Shown: positions 48,218 through 57,044 of the stretch, in pieces
Layout of the letters: each line of letters starts with the position of its first letter
How positions within the stretch are numbered: position 1 is the first letter of the stretch
Source of the DNA: an uncultured Gammaproteobacteria bacterium
GTDB taxonomy: Bacteria; Pseudomonadota; Gammaproteobacteria; Arenicellales; JAANXG01
Length of the DNA stretch: 64,000 bases
Reading direction: 5' to 3'
Assembly (NCBI GenBank): GCA_947258495.1
Contig: CAMYIN010000208.1
Location: 1,359 to 65,358, forward strand
Program-made: the position numbers and the translations under genes
The notes under the pieces: model-generated
The model's database searches: none
What the model was told of the DNA's origin: nothing
Seen by the model: the letters and a program-made list of their open reading frames with translations, nothing else

Positions 48218-49705
48218 TCAGCGCGCCCCCGCCGGACCGAGAAAGCGGGCGGGCTCGCGCACCATCAGACCGTCTTCGTCGAGCGCCCGCAGTTCGAAGA
48301 ACACTTCGCTGCTTGTCCGCGCAAGATCCAATGGGTCAACCTGCAGTCTAGCCGAAAACTCCCGTACCTGCCCGGCGGCGACAACGAAAGTTTCGTGATC
48401 CAATTTCAGGCTCGCCGGTTCCAGACCGGATGTGGACAACTGGAACCGATGTTCGCGCTCGTCCATATTGATGACCTTCAGTGTGTACACGTTTTCCACC
48501 AGGCCGTCCGCGGTTTCCCGGTAGAGGGTATTTCGATCTCGGATCACATCCAGATCAAGCGGGACCCTGGCGACTATGGAGTATCCCACAACCGCAAGCA
48601 TGCCCACCAGTACGGTCGCATAGACCAAGACTCTCGGTCGCAGGATAGCCGTCGCCTTGCCCTCCAGCGCGTTTTCGGTGGTGTAGCGCACGAGACCCCT
48701 GGGGTAGCCCATCTTGTCCATGACCTCGTCGCAGGCGTCGATGCATGCGGAGCAGCCGATGCATTGGTACTGCAGGCCATCGCGAATATCGATGCCCGTG
48801 GGACAGACCTGAACGCAGAGCGTACAGTCTATGCAGTCCCCCAGACCCTTGTCCCGCGGATCTATTCCGCGTTTGCGCGCGCCGCGAGGTTCGCCGCGGC
48901 CCGTGTCGTAGGAGATGATCAGCGTATTGTTATCGAACATGGCGCTTTGAAAGCGCGCGTAGGGACACATGTATATACAGACCTGCTCGCGCAACCAACC
49001 GGCGTTCCCATAGGTGGCGAATCCGTAAAAAAGCAGCCAGAACGTTTCCCACGGCCCGGTATCCAGGGACAGCGCCGCCTGCCCCAGTTCGCGAATGGGC
49101 GTGAAATAGCCGACGAAGGTGTACCCCGTCCACAACGACAAGGCGATCCAGGCGACGTGCTTTGCGACCTTGATCGTGATCTTGCGGGCGGTCCACGGCG
49201 ATTTGTCGAGCTTGATCTGCCTGCCTCGGTCACCTTCTATTCTGCGTTCTATCCACAGAAACACTTCCGTCCACACGGTCTGCGGGCAGGCGTAGCCGCA
49301 CCACAAACGCCCGGCAAGTGCCGTGAAAAAAAACAGCGCCAACGCGGCGATGATCAGGAGCGAGGCAAGATAAATGAAATCCTGGGGCCAGAAGACCAAG
49401 CCGAATATATAGAATTTGCGAGCCGGCAGATCGAACAACACCGCCTGCCGCTCTCCGAGCTGCACCCAGGGCAGGCCGTAGTAGATGCCCATCAAGACCA
49501 CGACACCGAGCAACCGCAGGCGTGCAAACATCCCGTGCACCTGCCTGGGAAATATCTTTTGCCGCTTCGCATACAGAGACTGCTCTACCGTCTCAGCGGG
49601 ACCGGCGTTGTCGCCACCGGGACGCGGCGACGACATGGGGGCTGAGCCGTGGCCGATGTCCTGCCTCAGGATTGTGACCTGGCTGGACCTGGTGACGCCG
49701 GACAT
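48218..49705 (-). CDS. ccoG: cbb3 oxidase accessory ferredoxin CcoG/FixG
   Basis: LYAKRQKIFPRQVHGMFARLR, CGYACPQ, CIYMCPYARFQ, and CIDCTLCVQVCPTGIDIRDGLQYQCIGCSACIDAC. Confidence 0.9.
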   Translation of the reverse strand: MSGVTRSSQVTILRQDIGHGSAPMSSPRPGGDNAGPAETVEQSLYAKRQKIFPRQVHGMFARLRLLGVVVLMGIYYGLPWVQLGERQAVLFDLPARKFYIFGLVFWPQDFIYLASLLIIAALALFFFTALAGRLWCGYACPQTVWTEVFLWIERRIEGDRGRQIKLDKSPWTARKITIKVAKHVAWIALSLWTGYTFVGYFTPIRELGQAALSLDTGPWETFWLLFYGFATYGNAGWLREQVCIYMCPYARFQSAMFDNNTLIISYDTGRGEPRGARKRGIDPRDKGLGDCIDCTLCVQVCPTGIDIRDGLQYQCIGCSACIDACDEVMDKMGYPRGLVRYTTENALEGKATAILRPRVLVYATVLVGMLAVVGYSIVARVPLDLDVIRDRNTLYRETADGLVENVYTLKVINMDEREHRFQLSTSGLEPASLKLDHETFVVAAGQVREFSARLQVDPLDLARTSSEVFFELRALDEDGLMVREPARFLGPAGAR

Positions 49706-49709
49706 GCTC

Positions 49710-49982
49710 TCAACCGTTGTTCGCGGCGGGGGGCGGTACTTTTTCCGGAGACCGCTGAAAATAACACGTCAACCAGCTGCTGGCCGCGGTAACCAGCCAA
49801 AGGCAGAAAAACCCCATGCTGTACGCGCCGAGCCTGCTGACACCGGAATAACGCGTCTGCGCGAGCACATTCAAGGGGTCAAACAGCACGAAAACGAGCA
49901 CGGTCACCACGCCGGCAACCAGAAACGACGGCCACAACACGACGACGAGACGCTGCGTCCCGTATCCGCCCCCGGATGTCAC
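49710..49982 (-). CDS. Small two-TM membrane protein between ccoP and ccoG (GTG start)
   Basis: The GTG overlaps the ccoP TGA (GTGA). There are two hydrophobic segments, and it ends 4 nt before ccoG. The function is unknown. Confidence 0.4.
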   Translation of the reverse strand: MTSGGGYGTQRLVVVLWPSFLVAGVVTVLVFVLFDPLNVLAQTRYSGVSRLGAYSMGFFCLWLVTAASSWLTCYFQRSPEKVPPPAANNG

Positions 49983-50884
49983 TGCGCTTCGCCGGCGGAC
50001 AGGCTGTAGACGTAGGCCGTCAAGAGGTGGACCTTGTCCTCGCCCAGAAAATCCTTGTGCGGCGGCATATTGCCCTGGCGACCTTGTGCGATCGACTGCG
50101 TCACCGCTTTCGGGGACCCGCCGTACAACCACACGCCGTCACCAAGATCGGGCGCCCCCAGGGCCTTGTTACCGCTGCCGTCGGCGCCGTGGCAGGCTAC
50201 GCATATCTGGTTGTATCTCTCGCGACCTGCCTGCGCCGCATCCAGGTCCACGTTTTTCCTGCTCATGCTGAGAACGAACTCGGTCATGTTCTTTACCCCC
50301 TCTTCGCCCAAGGCCGCCTGCCAACCCGGCATTACGCCCCTGCGCCCATTGAGGATGCTGGTCTTGATCTGCTCCGGTTCGCCTCCGTACAACCAGTCCC
50401 CATCGCGAAGATTGGGGAACCCGACGGCGCCGCGCGCGTCGGAGCCGTGGCACGTCGAGCAGTAATTGGCGAACAGGCGCTCTCCGGTGCGCATCGCCTC
50501 CTCGTTTCTGGCCAGCGTAGCGATCTTCTCGGAGGCGTACTTTTCGAATATGGGACCGAACTCCTTGTCGGCTGCGCTGATTTCACTCTCGTACTGGCCT
50601 TTGGACGACCAGCCCAGAACCCCCTTGTAGAAGCCCAGACCGGGGTACAGGATCAGGTACGCGATACCGAAGACGATGGTGATGTAGAACATATTCAACC
50701 ACCAGCTCGGCAACGGGTTGTTATATTCCTCCAGGTCTTCGTCCCATACGTGCCCCATGGTCTCCGGCTCGCCGCCGGATTTCTTTCCGCGATTGAAAAT
50801 CACTAGCGGAAACAGCGCCAGGATGCCGACGAGTGTTGGAACAATGATGTACCAGTGCCAAAACGCGCTTACGAAGTCAGCCAT
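49979..50884 (-). CDS. ccoP: cbb3-type cytochrome c oxidase subunit III, diheme (CcoP)
   Basis: Two CxxCH motifs (CSTCHG, CVACHG) and the N-terminal FixO/P-type segment WDEDLEEYNNPLPSWW. Confidence 0.95.
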   Translation of the reverse strand: MADFVSAFWHWYIIVPTLVGILALFPLVIFNRGKKSGGEPETMGHVWDEDLEEYNNPLPSWWLNMFYITIVFGIAYLILYPGLGFYKGVLGWSSKGQYESEISAADKEFGPIFEKYASEKIATLARNEEAMRTGERLFANYCSTCHGSDARGAVGFPNLRDGDWLYGGEPEQIKTSILNGRRGVMPGWQAALGEEGVKNMTEFVLSMSRKNVDLDAAQAGRERYNQICVACHGADGSGNKALGAPDLGDGVWLYGGSPKAVTQSIAQGRQGNMPPHKDFLGEDKVHLLTAYVYSLSAGEAQ

Positions 50885-51056
50885 CGTTTTTCTCCGCCTT
50901 GTGGTCTTCGCCCGTGGATACCGGGTGCTCTTCTTGAAATGGAATCCGGCCCGCCTCCTCGAAGTGCTTCTTGCGTCTCGAGCTCCAGACCCAGACTACG
51001 ATACCCAGGAAGACCAACAACAAGAGTAACGTCCAAATTCCGTGAAATACCCCCAT
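50877..51056 (-). CDS. ccoQ: cbb3-type cytochrome c oxidase subunit IV (CcoQ), 59 aa, absent from the supplied ORF track
   Basis: Hand translation gives MGVFHGIWTLLLLLVFLGIVVWVWSSRRKKHFEEAGRIPFQEEHPVSTGEDHKAEKNDG. AGGTGA precedes the ATG, which is 4 nt after the ccoO stop. The ORF overlaps the ccoP start by 8 nt. Confidence 0.7.
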   Translation of the reverse strand: MGVFHGIWTLLLLLVFLGIVVWVWSSRRKKHFEEAGRIPFQEEHPVSTGEDHKAEKNDG

Positions 51057-51060
51057 TCCG

Positions 51061-51672
51061 TCACCTGCGGGTCTTCACGCTGGTTCCCAGCACCTGGAGG
51101 TACGCGACCATCGCGTCCATTTCGCTTTTGCCTTCGAGATCTTTTACCGCCTTGCCGATTTCTTCGTCGCTGTAGGGATGGCCCAAAGTTCTGAGCGCAC
51201 GCATCTTGGTCTGGATATCGGAAGCGTCCGCGGCGGTCTCCTCCAGCCAGGGATAACCCGGCATGATGGACTCAGGGACGACATCCCTTGGATTGATCAG
51301 GTGTACGCGGTGCCAGTCGTCGCTGTAGCGACCCCCGACCCGAGCCAGGTCCGGACCTGTCCGCTTGGACCCCCACTGGAACGGCCGATCGTAGACGAAT
51401 TCCCCCGCCACCGAGTAATGCCCGTAACGCTCGGTCTCGGCGCGAAAGGGCCGGATCATCTGCGAATGACAGGTGTAACAGCCCTCACGGATGTAAACGT
51501 CGCGGCCGATGAGTTGCAGCGCGGTGTACGGCTTCAGGCCGGTGACCGGTTCCGTGGTCGAGTGTTGGAAGAACAGGGGCACGATCTGCACCAGTCCGCC
51601 GACACTCATGACCAGGACGGTGAGGACGATCAATAATCCGACGTTTTTTTCGGTTTGTGCTTGTAAACCCAT
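51061..51672 (-). CDS. ccoO: cbb3-type cytochrome c oxidase subunit II, monoheme (CcoO)
   Basis: [21 protein letters not shown]...ERYGHYS...[16 protein letters not shown]. The ATG at 51672 is chosen. Confidence 0.95.
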   Translation of the reverse strand: MGLQAQTEKNVGLLIVLTVLVMSVGGLVQIVPLFFQHSTTEPVTGLKPYTALQLIGRDVYIREGCYTCHSQMIRPFRAETERYGHYSVAGEFVYDRPFQWGSKRTGPDLARVGGRYSDDWHRVHLINPRDVVPESIMPGYPWLEETAADASDIQTKMRALRTLGHPYSDEEIGKAVKDLEGKSEMDAMVAYLQVLGTSVKTRR

Positions 51673-51682
51673 ATTAGAGTCC

Positions 51683-53098
51683 TCAATGCGCGGCCGCGGG
51701 GATCGCCGCCTCGTAGGGCTTGGCCCCGACGACGGTGCGGTACAGGTTGTAGGCCATGATGAGCATACCCGCCAAATACAATGCGCCGCCGAGGAAGCGA
51801 ATGATGTAGTACGGGTGCATGGCCTGCACGCTTTCGACAAAACTGTACGTCAGGGTGCCGTCGGTGTTCACCGCCCGCCACATCAGACCCTGCATGACAC
51901 CGGAGATCCACATCGAGGTGATGTAGAGCACAATGCCGATGGTGGCGATCCAGAAATGCATCTCCGCGAGTTTCACGCTGTACAGCTCCCGATTGAACAA
52001 ACGTGGTATCAGGTAGTACATGGCACCGATGGATATGAACCCGACCCATCCCAGGGCACCCGAATGCACGTGACCGATGGTCCAGTCGGTATAGTGGGAA
52101 AGTGCGTTCACGGTCTTGATGGACATCATCGGCCCCTCAAAAGTCGACATTCCATAAAATGAGACCGAGACGATGAGGAATTTCAGGATCGGGTCGCTGC
52201 GGAGCTTCTCCCAGGCGCCGGACAGTGTCATGATGCCGTTGATCATCCCACCCCACGATGGCGCGAGGAGAATCAGAGAAAACACCATGCCCAGGGACTG
52301 CGCCCAATCCGGCAGCGCGGTGTAATGCAGATGATGCGGTCCGGCCCATATGTAGGTGAATACCAACGCCCAGAAGTGGACCACGGACAAGCGGTAGGAA
52401 TACACCGGCCGCGCCGCCTGCTTGGGAATGAAGTAATACATGATGGCGAGGAACCCCGCGGTCAGAAAGAAACCCACCGCATTATGCCCGTACCACCATT
52501 GGATCATGGCGTCCTGCACCCCTGCGTAGACGGAATACGATTTCCACAGCGAGACCGGTATGGCTGCGCTGTTGACCACGTGCAGCACGGCTATGGTGAT
52601 GATGAAACCCGCGTAGAACCAGTTGGCGACGTAGATGTGCTTGATACGGCGCTGCATGAGGGTGCCGAAAAACACGACCGCGTAAGCAACCCAAACGACG
52701 GTGATCAACAGGTCGATCGGCCACTCCAACTCGGCATATTCTTTTGAGCTGGTGATTCCCAGCGGCAGCGTGATCGCCGCCAGCACGATCACCGCCTGCC
52801 AGCCCCAAAACGTGAACGCGGCCAATCCATCGGAAAACAGCCGCACGTGACAGGTGCGCTGCACCACGTAGTAGGAGGTGGCGAACAAGGCCGATCCGCC
52901 GAAGGCAAAGATCACGGCGTTGGTGTGCAACGGCCGCAGGCGACCGAAGCTCAGCCAGGCTATATCGAAATTCAATTGCGGCCACGCCATCTGTGCGGCA
53001 ATCACGACGCCGACCAACATGCCGACGATCCCCCAGACCACGGTCATGATGGAAAACTGCCGCACCACTCTATAGTTATACGTGTTCTCGCTGCTCAT
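51683..53098 (-). CDS. ccoN: cbb3-type cytochrome c oxidase subunit I (CcoN)
   Basis: 471 aa, 12 TM, with heme-copper oxidase His ligand motifs ([31 protein letters not shown]). Confidence 0.95.
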   Translation of the reverse strand: MSSENTYNYRVVRQFSIMTVVWGIVGMLVGVVIAAQMAWPQLNFDIAWLSFGRLRPLHTNAVIFAFGGSALFATSYYVVQRTCHVRLFSDGLAAFTFWGWQAVIVLAAITLPLGITSSKEYAELEWPIDLLITVVWVAYAVVFFGTLMQRRIKHIYVANWFYAGFIITIAVLHVVNSAAIPVSLWKSYSVYAGVQDAMIQWWYGHNAVGFFLTAGFLAIMYYFIPKQAARPVYSYRLSVVHFWALVFTYIWAGPHHLHYTALPDWAQSLGMVFSLILLAPSWGGMINGIMTLSGAWEKLRSDPILKFLIVSVSFYGMSTFEGPMMSIKTVNALSHYTDWTIGHVHSGALGWVGFISIGAMYYLIPRLFNRELYSVKLAEMHFWIATIGIVLYITSMWISGVMQGLMWRAVNTDGTLTYSFVESVQAMHPYYIIRFLGGALYLAGMLIMAYNLYRTVVGAKPYEAAIPAAAH

Positions 53099-53138
53099 TA
53101 AGTGTCTCCCAACTCCCCAACCATCGTACGTAATGTGC

Positions 53139-53738
53139 TCAAACTCTGAACGCGGGCCCCAAGCCGAAGCTCCACAACACCACGGTGCTCACCAGCAAGC
53201 CTACCAGCGCCACCAGACCCACCGCGAGGACGGCGCTGGCAAACAAAAAACCCCTTTCCTTGGGGATCTCCATCATGATCGGTACACCGCTGTACAACAG
53301 GTAGACGCTGTAGGCGAGCGCAGGCAAACCGACGAGAAAGTTCATCCACAATACGGGGTAAAGCTGCATTACGCCCACCAGGAACAGCGGTGTTGCTGTG
53401 TACGCGGCGAGCGCGACACATCGCGACAGCGGTTGTTCCGCCCCGTAGGTTTCGCTCATCCATCGGATCATCACGCCGATTACGTACACCGAGAACAGTA
53501 TCGCCAGGTAGTAAACGATTCCGATCTGGATGGCGCTCCCCGGCGTCAACTTCACCGGTGCGGCGGCGGCAATCTGCCAACCGACGAGCGTCGTTCCGAG
53601 AATCCCGGCCAGCGGCGATACCGCCCCCAGCGGCAGGACGTGGCGCAGGTAAATCTCCCCCACGGATTCGTTTTCATCGCGGATCTTTTCCCATTCCTGC
53701 ATGGGCTGAGTCATTAACCCTACAACGTGTTTCAGCAT
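53139..53738 (-). CDS. Yip1/DUF1282-family membrane protein
   Basis: N-terminal [15 protein letters not shown] followed by 5 TM segments. It ends 40 nt upstream of ccoN. Confidence 0.75.
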   Translation of the reverse strand: MLKHVVGLMTQPMQEWEKIRDENESVGEIYLRHVLPLGAVSPLAGILGTTLVGWQIAAAAPVKLTPGSAIQIGIVYYLAILFSVYVIGVMIRWMSETYGAEQPLSRCVALAAYTATPLFLVGVMQLYPVLWMNFLVGLPALAYSVYLLYSGVPIMMEIPKERGFLFASAVLAVGLVALVGLLVSTVVLWSFGLGPAFRV

Positions 53739-53975
53739 CGTGTCTTACCCGGTTGTGGATCGGTTCTTATCGGACGATACATCGCAACGGCATTGAAAAT
53801 CGCGCGCCTGCGAGATGCGGCCACGGGACCGGCAGGTTCGGACTCCGGCTGCGGTCCGGGCCGCGACCGGTAATAGTAACAGATGCGACCTCGTGCGCGG
53901 AGGCCGACGAGTGCAGCGGCCGTGCACGGTCGCCGATGCAATTGGCCGGCTTCTCCCAGTGAACATTTACACGTT

Positions 53976-54428
53976 TCAGACTTCGACGGCCGACCACAGC
54001 TTTTCGGGAAGGTGAAGGCGGATCTCGCGGGCCGACTTCTGCGCCAGGTTCTTGTCCATGCGCATGCTCACCAGTTTTCGTAAAGGATCGCTGAGTTTCG
54101 CCGACAACACGCCGAGAAAGTCCGGAGGTGCGACGATGATGAGTCGCTCGAACTTACCCTCGGTGCGCATGCCATCCAGATACTCGGCGATACGCACGGC
54201 AAACTTCAACGTGTCCTGCTCCTTCGCGCTCATGCGATCCTCCATGACGTGACGTCCCAATCCGTGTCTGTCAAAGGTCCGCCCCGGCAGATCCGACGTC
54301 AACTCTTGTTCGTGCAGGCGCCCCTCGGGATGGGCAAGCGTAGTGATCTCGTTCAATTCCCCGGAGGGCGATTTCGCCTGGAAGATGCGTCCCCGCGAAC
54401 TGTCGGCAACCAATAACCAAGTCGTCAT
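53976..54428 (-). CDS. Host-attachment-protein family (Host_attach) protein
   Basis: WLLVADSSRGRIFQ...LAHPEGRLHEQELTSDLPGRTFD...RLIIVAPPDFLGVL is typical of the family. GGAGG precedes the ATG at 54428. Confidence 0.75.
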   Translation of the reverse strand: MTTWLLVADSSRGRIFQAKSPSGELNEITTLAHPEGRLHEQELTSDLPGRTFDRHGLGRHVMEDRMSAKEQDTLKFAVRIAEYLDGMRTEGKFERLIIVAPPDFLGVLSAKLSDPLRKLVSMRMDKNLAQKSAREIRLHLPEKLWSAVEV

Positions 54429-54479
54429 GAGGGCCTCCACTTTTTCTTTGCACATTAAATTTCGCACGCCCATCACGCC

Positions 54480-54493
54480 TTGATCGACATCAA
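54480..54493. promoter_or_regulatory. Perfect FNR/Anr box
   Basis: TTGAT-CGAC-ATCAA. On the minus strand a TTTAAT hexamer lies 20 nt downstream, so the box centre is at about -40 to -41.5. It is 58 nt from the host-attachment gene ATG. Confidence 0.7.
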
Positions 54494-54556
54494 GGCACGT
54501 GCGGGATTCCGGTCGCGCTTATACGCGGCACGCGATTTCAGGGGCGCAGAGCGCGG

Positions 54557-54585
54557 TTGCACAATTTGTTGCAATGCACAATAAT
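54557..54585 (+). promoter_or_regulatory. Candidate sigma-70 promoter for phaC
   Basis: TTGCAC-N17-AATAAT, about 75 nt upstream of the phaC ATG. It overlaps two direct TGCACAAT repeats. Confidence 0.3.
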
Positions 54586-54660
54586 TTGACCCGTATCAAG
54601 GAGCCTTCCCGCCAACGCGGGCAAAATCTCCAGAAATTCAGTCAGTTCAGGGTGCTTAAC

Positions 54661-56490
54661 ATGGGCCAACCGATTGCCGTCGAGGAACCATCCGGGAAAC
54701 GCGGAGACGCCGCGGCGGCCCCCTCCCCCGCTCCCCGGGCGCTTGTCGATCGGATGCCGACGCTCGATGGCATCGTCCGGTCCCATCACATCTACGACCG
54801 CATCTTTCACGCCTGGCTCGGACGCTTCACCCTCGGTCTGTCGCCGGTATCGTTGACCCAGGCGTATCTCGACTGGATGCTGCATCTGGCGTCGTCTCCC
54901 GGTAAACAGAGCGAGCTCGCGATGAAGGCGATCCGCAAGTCGATTCGCTTTGCCCTATACAGCGCGCGCTGCGCAAGGGGGGACACTACTCCGTGCATAG
55001 ACCCTCTATCGCAGGACAGGAGATTCGCCCACGCCGCTTGGCAGTCGTGGCCCTACAACATGTTCTACCAGGCGTTTCTGCTGACGCAACAGTGGTGGCA
55101 CAACGCGACCTCGGAGGTTGCCGGGGTATCGCGACACCACGAGCAGGCGGTCACGTTCGGGGCCCGTCAATGGCTGGATATCTTTTCCCCCTCGAACTTC
55201 CTTCTCACAAACCCCGAACTGTCACGCGTCACGATCGAAGAGCGTGGTAACAATCTGCTGCGGGGCTGGAACAATTTCGTAGAGGACTGGGAGCGGGCGA
55301 CCGGTGGAAAACCGCCTTTGGATACGGAGCGTTTCCAGGTCGGCAGGGATGTCGCGACCACGCCTGGAAAGGTCGTGTACCGCAACCGCTTGATTGAGCT
55401 TATCCAATACCAGCCGACGACGAAGCAGGTCCATCGCGAACCCGTGCTCATCGTGCCGGCCTGGATCATGAAGTACTACATCCTGGACTTGTCGCCCGGC
55501 AATTCGCTGGTGCGCCACCTCGTCGACCAAGGATTTACCGTGTTCATGGTTTCCTGGAAGAACCCGGACGAGAACGACCGCGACCTGGGGATGTCCGACT
55601 ATCGCCGTCGCGGCGTCCTCGCGGCCCTGGATGTCATCTCGCGGATCGTGCCCGACAGCCGGATTCACAGCGTCGGTTATTGTCTCGGCGGCACCCTGCT
55701 GACCATCGCCGCCGCAGCGATGGCCAGAGACGGAGACCGGCGCCTCGCCTCGATGACGCATTTCGCGGCGCAGACGGATTTTACCGAGGCCGGGGAATTG
55801 ATGTTGTTCATCGATGACGCCCAGGTCGCCTTCCTCGAGGACATCATGTGGGAACAGGGTTATCTCGACGCCAAGCAAATGGCGGGTACGTTTCAAATGC
55901 TGCGTTCCAACGATCTGATTTGGTCGCGTGTTATTCATGACTACCTCATGGGCAAGAGACGGCCCATGAACGATCTAATGGCCTGGAACGCGGACAGCAC
56001 TCGCCTGCCCTATCGCATGCATTCAGAGTACCTGCGCTGGTTGTTTCTGAACAACGATCTCGCCGCGGGAAGATACCGGGTCGACGGGCGGCCGATATCG
56101 ATTACCGACATCCGCGCACCCATCTTCTCCGTGGCCACCACCGACGACCACGTGGCGCCGTGGCAATCGGTTTACAAAATACACCTTCTTACCGACACCG
56201 ACGTCACCTTCGCGCTCACGAGCGGCGGACACAACGCCGGCATCGTCAGCGAGCCGGGTCACCGCAACAGGAGGTATCAGATCGCCACGCGCACGCAGGA
56301 CGACAAGTTCATGGATGCGGACACCTGGCGGGCCAGTGTGCCCGAAGTCGCGGGGTCCTGGTGGCCGGCGTGGCTGGCGTGGCTGGGGCAGCATTCTTCG
56401 GCAGAGACACCGCCGCCCGCGATGGGCATGCCCGAGCGCGGCCTGCCGTTGCTGGCGGACGCACCCGGAACCTATGTGTACCAGAAATGA
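54661..56490 (+). CDS. phaC: Class I poly(3-hydroxyalkanoate) synthase PhaC
   Basis: About 610 aa with lipase box GYCLGGTLL. Conserved motifs include PLLIVPAWIMKYYILDL-type and NADSTRLP...F. Confidence 0.9.
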   Translation: MGQPIAVEEPSGKRGDAAAAPSPAPRALVDRMPTLDGIVRSHHIYDRIFHAWLGRFTLGLSPVSLTQAYLDWMLHLASSPGKQSELAMKAIRKSIRFALYSARCARGDTTPCIDPLSQDRRFAHAAWQSWPYNMFYQAFLLTQQWWHNATSEVAGVSRHHEQAVTFGARQWLDIFSPSNFLLTNPELSRVTIEERGNNLLRGWNNFVEDWERATGGKPPLDTERFQVGRDVATTPGKVVYRNRLIELIQYQPTTKQVHREPVLIVPAWIMKYYILDLSPGNSLVRHLVDQGFTVFMVSWKNPDENDRDLGMSDYRRRGVLAALDVISRIVPDSRIHSVGYCLGGTLLTIAAAAMARDGDRRLASMTHFAAQTDFTEAGELMLFIDDAQVAFLEDIMWEQGYLDAKQMAGTFQMLRSNDLIWSRVIHDYLMGKRRPMNDLMAWNADSTRLPYRMHSEYLRWLFLNNDLAAGRYRVDGRPISITDIRAPIFSVATTDDHVAPWQSVYKIHLLTDTDVTFALTSGGHNAGIVSEPGHRNRRYQIATRTQDDKFMDADTWRASVPEVAGSWWPAWLAWLGQHSSAETPPPAMGMPERGLPLLADAPGTYVYQK

Positions 56491-56493
56491 CGG

Positions 56494-56919
56494 CTAGCGA
56501 CGCTGGTGACATGCCATGCAACCGCCCGATAAGCGGCCGGCGAAGTAATAATTGGGGGGTTCCTTTTCCACGAATCTCAGCGCTTCGAGAACCTGCTCTT
56601 TGAATGCATCGATGTTATCGTCAATGAACAGATGGTTGGTCGTTCTCGGCCCGGCGCCGAGCCGGTTGGCGACCGTTTCCATATGCCGCAAGATACCGAT
56701 AATTTCTTCGCGTTTGTAGGGCAGGATCGTTTCCGAGCCCGCGATGATATCGTCGATCCGCCAGAGATCCACGTTGAGTTCGGCCATCGCGCCCACGACC
56801 TGCGTTTTTTCGAGATAAACGAAATCGGGAGGATACGTCGCCTTGCGTACCAATGCACAACCTGTCACGACGGCGGTAAGAACGACGGCAACAAGGACGG
56901 ACTTCACACCTCTTGTCAT
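56494..56919 (-). CDS. Lipoprotein with a C-terminal CxxCH motif, class II (c'-like) cytochrome c candidate
   Basis: Lipobox VTGC, a helical body of about 120 aa and a terminal GGCMACHQRR, the position of the heme site in four-helix-bundle cytochromes c'/c556. Confidence 0.6.
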   Translation of the reverse strand: MTRGVKSVLVAVVLTAVVTGCALVRKATYPPDFVYLEKTQVVGAMAELNVDLWRIDDIIAGSETILPYKREEIIGILRHMETVANRLGAGPRTTNHLFIDDNIDAFKEQVLEALRFVEKEPPNYYFAGRLSGGCMACHQRR

Positions 56920-57044
56920 GAGCGTTGTCTCCAAGGTCAACACGGGTTGGATTACACGTTACCGAATCAAGCCGCGGCAAACAATGACAAGTGTCAATCT
57001 CCCCACCTGAAACGCCGCCTTCATCAGTCCCGCGTTAATCGGCC

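Noticed and set aside
53099-53975. A search for an FNR/FixK box directly upstream of ccoN or of the Yip1 gene.
   Set aside because: Only 5-6/10 matches were found by eye (for example TTGCG-ATGT-ATCGT on the minus strand and GTGAA-CATT-TACAC). None is good enough to call. A PWM scan is needed.
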